A stretch of 64,000 nucleotides of DNA from an uncultured virus (IMG/VR IMGVR_UViG_3300027917_000036) (lineage: Duplodnaviria > Heunggongvirae > Uroviricota > Caudoviricetes). The first letter of the stretch is position 1. Each line of letters begins with the position of its first letter. Positions 59,758 to 64,000 of the stretch are shown piece after piece. The stretch is taken from IMG/VR virus record IMGVR_UViG_3300027917_000036; one strand, written 5' to 3'. The translations under genes were made by a program, and so were the position numbers. A model generated the notes under the pieces. The model saw only the letters and a list, made by a program, of their open reading frames with translations. It did no database searches and had not been told where the DNA came from.

Positions 59758-59825
59758 TGTGACTGCCATCATCAGTACCTCGCCGTCACACGAGGCAGAC
59801 GGTGCCCAAGGGCACCGTTTCGGCT
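59758..59825 (-). ncRNA. Type II hammerhead ribozyme 6
   Basis: AGCC-GAAAC-GGUGCC(CUUG)GGCACC-GUC^UGCCUCG(UGUGACGG)CGAGGUA-CUGAUGA-U-GGC-AGUCACA; cut after 59798. Confidence 0.92.
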
Positions 59826-59844
59826 ATACTTATTATAACAGTTT

Positions 59845-60159
59845 TTACAGTTTTTCGTCTTTGAACGCGATGGTTCCTAATACTTTCAAGGCCATAGCAA
59901 CACTATTGTTCAGGCTGATTTTCCCGACGTATAAGTTATGCTGTTTTCCCTTATATGTTACAAAAATCGTTTCTTCTTTTTGGTCGAAAGGTTTGATCTT
60001 ATCCAGTGGCGGGAAGATTGTAAGTTCTGGCCTCGTCATTTTGACGAACCATAGATCGAAGGCATCGATAGCCTTCATTTTGCTTGTGAATACTCCCAGG
60101 ATTTCTCCATCTTCTTTGATTACCCAAATATCCGTTTGTTGTCTAATGTTCTTTCCCAT
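59845..60159 (-). CDS. Hypothetical early protein
   Basis: SD AAGGAGG. Confidence 0.6.
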   Translation of the reverse strand: MGKNIRQQTDIWVIKEDGEILGVFTSKMKAIDAFDLWFVKMTRPELTIFPPLDKIKPFDQKEETIFVTYKGKQHNLYVGKISLNNSVAMALKVLGTIAFKDEKL

Positions 60160-60184
60160 AATAATCCCTCCTTAATAAATTGTT

Positions 60185-60250
60185 TGGCTACCATCTTCAG
60201 CACCACAGCACCACCTGTGGTGGACGACCGCCATTGGCGGTCGTTTCGGC
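60185..60250 (-). ncRNA. Type II hammerhead ribozyme 7
   Basis: GCC-GAAAC-GACCGCC(AAU)GGCGGUC-GUC^CACCACAG(GUGGUG)CUGUGGUG-CUGAAGA-U-GGU-AGCCA; cut after 60223. Confidence 0.9.
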
Positions 60251-60252
60251 GA

Positions 60253-60336
60253 TTAAACATACCCGAAAATTGCACGTTTAATTATAACGTAACCTAAAAA
60301 ACATCCCAGACAAAATAGCAAAATTATACCTAACAT
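60253..60336 (-). CDS. 27-aa hydrophobic peptide not in the ORF track
   Basis: MLGIILLFCLGCFLGYVIIKRAIFGYV; SD AAGGAGG; stop immediately before ribozyme 7. Confidence 0.6.
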   Translation of the reverse strand: MLGIILLFCLGCFLGYVIIKRAIFGYV

Positions 60337-60349
60337 GACTTCCCCTCCT

Positions 60350-60697
60350 TTAAGATCGAAGCCCATAGAACGTAACCATATGAAGGGCTTCTAATGTTGC
60401 GCCATTTAGTTTACCAAGATTCCGTTTTAGAGTTTTCCAGTACTCATGGTCCCAACCATAAACATTGTCCTCGGCGAGACGGTTAATAATTCCGTCTACC
60501 ATGTTGGTTTTTTCCATTGATGATTTTGGGCTTTGCCGCATGTTAATGCTTTTCTTCATGATTGCCATTGTTTCTACGGCATCATCCTTGTCATCAGTGA
60601 AGTACGATTTATCTTCGATAACTTTTCCATCTTCGATCCATCGAACTTCATACTCGCCCCATTGTTTTCTTTCGACAAGTTTCAATTGGATCCCCAT
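60350..60697 (-). CDS. Hypothetical early protein
   Basis: EY.VRW......SYFTDDKDDA motif; SD AAGGAGG. Confidence 0.6.
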   Translation of the reverse strand: MGIQLKLVERKQWGEYEVRWIEDGKVIEDKSYFTDDKDDAVETMAIMKKSINMRQSPKSSMEKTNMVDGIINRLAEDNVYGWDHEYWKTLKRNLGKLNGATLEALHMVTFYGLRS

Positions 60698-60763
60698 AAT
60701 TCCCTCCTTGTTTATGATGCGTTCCAGTAGGACGATAACTACTACTGGAACGCAAATGGGCTG

Positions 60764-61036
60764 TTATTTTTTAGGTCTTACATAATCGAAGGTCAGCCAT
60801 CCCTTGCGATTATCCGGGCCAGTACGCTGGAATACTCCTTGAGCACCATAATGCAGATTATAGTGTTCAACAAGTTCCTGGAGGAGGTCGTCGGTAAAGA
60901 TATAATACCCTGCCTCAAGGAATTTTAATTCCTCTTCGGTTGACAGGGGATTAAACCGTTTTGCAATTACTCTGGTCACTGCGTTCTTATCGTCGTCAAT
61001 TCCCAGAACTTTTGCTACCCATACCCGTTTTCCCAT
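60764..61036 (-). CDS. Hypothetical early protein
   Basis: Start moved to MGKRV after AAGGAGG. Confidence 0.6.
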   Translation of the reverse strand: MGKRVWVAKVLGIDDDKNAVTRVIAKRFNPLSTEEELKFLEAGYYIFTDDLLQELVEHYNLHYGAQGVFQRTGPDNRKGWLTFDYVRPKK

Positions 61037-61060
61037 GGTACTCCTCCTTTCAAATGAGGA

Positions 61061-61127
61061 ACCTGCCTCATCAGCACGTGGAGGTAATCCCACGTGGACT
61101 ATTCACCCGGAGGTGAATAGTTTCGGC
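61061..61127 (-). ncRNA. Type II hammerhead ribozyme 8
   Basis: GCC-GAAAC-UAUUCACC(UCCG)GGUGAAUA-GUC^CACGUGG(GAUUACCU)CCACGUG-CUGAUGA-GGC-AGGU; cut after 61097. Confidence 0.92.
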
Positions 61128-61129
61128 GT

Positions 61130-61300
61130 TTAATTGTTATCCTCAGCCCTGCGTTTCCAGAAACGCACATTCGCATCGGCGTCTTTGCAACGTCGGGCCC
61201 AGCGTACCACAGCAGCCTTAGATTTTGACTGTTCAACCTTTTTAGCACAAAAGGCACGCTTTTCTTCCCAGAACTTAACATTCGCTTCTGCAGTGTTCAT
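61130..61300 (-). CDS. 56-aa basic protein not in the ORF track
   Basis: MNTAEANVKFWEEKR...ADANVRFWKRRAEDNN; SD AAGGAG; internal A.ANV.FW repeat. Confidence 0.6.
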   Translation of the reverse strand: MNTAEANVKFWEEKRAFCAKKVEQSKSKAAVVRWARRCKDADANVRFWKRRAEDNN

Positions 61301-61312
61301 AGCTAAACTCCT

Positions 61313-61582
61313 TTAATCGTTGATACAACTTCTCACTTTGTGATCAATGACACGCCAGCCAAAAGAAGCCCATCGCCCTTCAGTTGGTTTCCATCCTTTG
61401 CTGGCAATAGCGGATATAGTCGCTTTTCTTGGCTCCAAATATTCAGGATCCGTATGATCCATCATAATTGCGAAAACGTCCTCTGAATAAGTTGGCCAAC
61501 AACTGTTATACCGCAACATATCCACAGGAAATATACCGCTGCCTTCAACTATAAATCTGTGCATAAACATTTTTGTTGCCAT
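61313..61582 (-). CDS. Hypothetical early protein
   Basis: F.VEGSG.FP.DMLRY..CWP...PT.GRWASFGW.V; SD AAGGAGG. Confidence 0.65.
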   Translation of the reverse strand: MATKMFMHRFIVEGSGIFPVDMLRYNSCWPTYSEDVFAIMMDHTDPEYLEPRKATISAIASKGWKPTEGRWASFGWRVIDHKVRSCIND

Positions 61583-61612
61583 AATAAATCCCTCCTTGTG
61601 ATAAATCGATTT

Positions 61613-61678
61613 TGAGCCACCTCATCGGCGCATGGAGCTCATCTCATGCGGACAGGGACCGAAGCCCCTGTTTCGGCA
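61613..61678 (-). ncRNA. Type II hammerhead ribozyme 9
   Basis: GCC-GAAAC-AGGGGC(UUCG)GUCCCU-GUC^CGCAUG(AGAUGAGCUC)CAUGCG-CCGAUGA-GGU-GGCUCA; cut after 61651. Confidence 0.88.
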
Positions 61679-61679
61679 T

Positions 61680-61880
61680 TTAGTGAACAGTGTAACCTCT
61701 GTTCTTTAGGATTGTGTGCCAGATACCCAATTTATATGGATTAGTCATCCTTTGGGTACGAAGATTAATATGTTGCATAATCTTCTCATCGCTATCGGCA
61801 AATTTCTTCTCAATATTTTCGAGCCTGAAAATTGCCTTTTCCACTTCCTTTAATGTTCTTTCTGCTGTCATAGTTTTCAT
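61680..61880 (-). CDS. Hypothetical early protein
   Basis: SD AAGGAGG; bounded by ribozymes 10 and 9. Confidence 0.6.
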   Translation of the reverse strand: MKTMTAERTLKEVEKAIFRLENIEKKFADSDEKIMQHINLRTQRMTNPYKLGIWHTILKNRGYTVH

Positions 61881-61904
61881 GATAAGTTTCCTCCTTAAAA
61901 TATT

Positions 61905-61976
61905 TTGACCTGCCTCATCGGCAGTACGGCGGTCAATCCGTACTGGACGGGGATCTTAGCGATCCCCGTTTCGGCT
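61905..61976 (-). ncRNA. Type II hammerhead ribozyme 10
   Basis: AGCC-GAAAC-GGGGAUC(GCUAA)GAUCCCC-GUC^CAGUACGG(AUUGACCG)CCGUACUG-CCGAUGA-GGC-AGGUCAA; cut after 61946. Confidence 0.9.
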
Positions 61977-61977
61977 C

Positions 61978-62433
61978 TTATGATTTGTTCTCATAAACAA
62001 ATGGTTCCGCTGTTCTGACACTCCCAAGGTCATCACAGCATACAAATCCTTCAAGATGTTTTGGATGGAGTTTGTAGGGAAGGAACAGCATCCAGACAAG
62101 CAAGTCTTCTCGCTTCTCAAATTCTTTTAAATAGACAAAGACCTTCTCGTCGTCATAGCGGTCTATTAAGTCCATTTCCACTGTTTTATCATCTATAATA
62201 ATAACAATATCATAAATGTTATAAGTGGTGAACAGAACGGCTTCGCCAATCATCGGGCTTTCGCTTTCACAGCCAGCATAACATTCCCAGTCCTCTTCGC
62301 TAAAGGGCTTGAACATCATATCCTTAAATCGTGGAGTAGAATGTCGAATGTCACGCACCATAGCTGCTATGCGCTTGCCAGATTCCCTAATAGAACCCCA
62401 ATCTTTGCTTAACTGTTCAATTGTTTTTTCCAT
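61978..62433 (-). CDS. Hypothetical early protein
   Basis: SD AAGGAGG; bounded by ribozymes 11 and 10. Confidence 0.6.
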   Translation of the reverse strand: MEKTIEQLSKDWGSIRESGKRIAAMVRDIRHSTPRFKDMMFKPFSEEDWECYAGCESESPMIGEAVLFTTYNIYDIVIIIDDKTVEMDLIDRYDDEKVFVYLKEFEKREDLLVWMLFLPYKLHPKHLEGFVCCDDLGSVRTAEPFVYENKS

Positions 62434-62465
62434 CGTAAATCCCTCCTTAAAATAAATTAATATTA

Positions 62466-62533
62466 GACTGCCTCATCGGCGTGAACCCGTCACGGCTCAC
62501 GGACTGTTACCCCGAAGGGTAACAGTTTCGGCT
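62466..62533 (-). ncRNA. Type II hammerhead ribozyme 11
   Basis: AGCC-GAAAC-UGUUACCC(UUCG)GGGUAACA-GUC^CGUGAGCC(GUGACG)GGUUCACG-CCGAUGA-GGC-AGUC; cut after 62502. Confidence 0.88.
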
Positions 62534-63809
62534 TATAGGAGGATTTATCGGAGGATTAATGCATCAGCCTGCGATCCTACTGAAATTCGGATCGGTTCTT
62601 CCCAAAATTCCAACGGGATTCTCTGTTGCGGTTTTCTGGCATCCAAACCCGTGCGCGGTTGGACTAAGATGTTGTGGGGATTTAGAACTGATGGCTCACT
62701 TTACCACATGCTTTATCGGGAAAGGCCTCGCGTCCCATGCCAGACGCGGTCCACGGTTTTATCCATGGCTAATCCTTTCTGGTTTTCGTAAAATTCGATA
62801 AGTTTTTATAGTGAAAAACCGTTTTAGGAAGGAGCCCTATTTTTTGCACGGCAGGGACAAAACCATACCGGAGGGAAAATCGGGTGGGATAAAACTAAGC
62901 TATTCAACGGTTAAAAACGCTATCTTAAAACCTTATGAGAAGGATAACAAATCCAGAGGTTTTTGTTTTCCCTTGACCGCCCAGCCCGTTATCCTTAGGA
63001 ACCCAAGGGAGGGAGTCGCTGGAGCCCGACTCCCTGTATACATTATCGACATTTTTACACAAAAAACAAGGACCTGAGGGCATTTTAAAGGCTAAAAAGG
63101 GCCTCCAGAATCCTCCAGAAGGAAAAAAGGCCCGAAAACGCCTATTTTTACCCCTTCTATACCTAAAAAAGCGCATGTAGGCCGTTTTTCGTCCTCTCTG
63201 GACCGATATAAAATGCCCGAAAACCTAAAATGCCAAAAAAAGTCCTTTTTTAGCTATATTTTAGCTATAAGATAGCTGTTTTCACGATTAAATCTAAGTA
63301 AATCAAACTAAAAAATCAAACTCAGCCCTTCCCCATTTAGGGCTAAAAAAGCCCTAAAAACGGTTAAAAAGCCTTCCGAAATGCCGCTGCCCTACTTATC
63401 GTTTAGTCGCTAAAATAAGGATGTGAACAGTCCTGAGAGGATCCAGAATGAACAGTCGGGATAGGGCCGTAAAAGGGCTATAGGTTAAAAAAAAGCGCAA
63501 ACGCTAAAGGGGTGAAAAGCGTTGCGTTACGTGTTGCACGGTTACGGGTGAAGGGCTGCGTGCGTGGTGGTGGTACAGAGGGATGGGTTTTTTAGGATGA
63601 ACTCGCGCCACCTTCCCCCACGGCCACGGCCTATAGTTTGACGTTAATCCCATGCCGATGTGACCGGACACATCCGGAACATCCTGTATGTGTAAATTAT
63701 CCTTGTTTATATAGTCTGTTCAACTTATCATATAGCCTCTTGGAAATCCGTGTATGAACACGGTAAATGGTTATGTGCCTGGATGGCTTATTTTCTAACA
63801 GAGGGAGTG

Positions 63810-64000
63810 ATGCCAAGTCCCCGAAAATATAACAAGAGTATATCCCGTCGACCGCAAGATAAAAAGCGAAAGAGGAATGCTACGTTCACACGTCTCGCCA
63901 GAAAGATTATTTACGAGGCACTTGGAGCGCGAATGCCTATTAACAGAGCGACAGAGCTTGCAGGTATTTCGCCTGACGTGTATAGGGACTGGATGGACAA
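63810..64000 (+). CDS. Probable terminase small subunit (partial, HTH)
   Basis: Manual translation MPSPRKYNKSISRR...IIYEALGARMPINRATELAGISPDVYRDWMD; HTH pattern; first gene on the structural strand after a long non-coding region. Confidence 0.5.
   Translation, partial: MPSPRKYNKSISRRPQDKKRKRNATFTRLARKIIYEALGARMPINRATELAGISPDVYRDWMD

Noticed and set aside
58078..60175. Plus-strand ORFs overlapping the ribozymes (58078..58287, 58491..58877, 59046..59432, 59759..60175)
   Set aside because: They are antisense to genes with strong SDs and have no convincing SD or protein motifs of their own.
56611..62533. Intergenic repeats read as a CRISPR array, integron attC sites or rho-independent terminators
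   Set aside because: The repeats are not identical, the spacers are whole genes, no integrase or cas gene is visible, and there are no U-tracts. The conserved bases match the hammerhead core.
62559..63176. ORFs 62559..62801, 62811..63077 and 62925..63176
   Set aside because: Atypical composition and no recognisable motifs. 62559 has a GGAGG upstream so it cannot be fully excluded, but support is too weak to call.
1..64000. tRNA genes, introns/inteins, integrase
   Set aside because: None recognised by eye. DnaE, RecA and the helicase show no obvious insertions. tRNAscan-SE would be needed to exclude tRNAs.

Overview
This window is about 64 kb of a tailed dsDNA phage genome, probably a siphovirus. 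The + strand (1-27.9 kb) carries the tape-measure C-terminus, tail tip and fibre genes, a membrane/lysis-like cluster, more virion proteins, and a sulfotransferase/glycosyltransferase/methyltransferase cluster. Five virion proteins carry mucin-like poly-Thr tracts, and one nearby glycosyltransferase has polypeptide-GalNAc-transferase motifs. The - strand (27.9-56.6 kb) carries replication, recombination and nucleotide genes: resolvase, ThyX, split Rad50/Mre11, 5'-3' exonuclease, RecA, SSB, a DnaE-UDG fusion, a glycosyltransferase with two radical SAM enzymes, clamp loader and clamp, helicase, primase and an SF2 helicase. The standout feature is the putative early region (56.6-62.5 kb, - strand). 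There, 11 sequence-divergent but structurally complete type II hammerhead ribozymes sit in intergenic spaces between an upstream stop codon and the next gene's Shine-Dalgarno (SD) site. This looks like a self-processing polycistronic transcript. A probable small terminase gene begins at the right edge. All calls come from reading motifs by eye; no searches were run.
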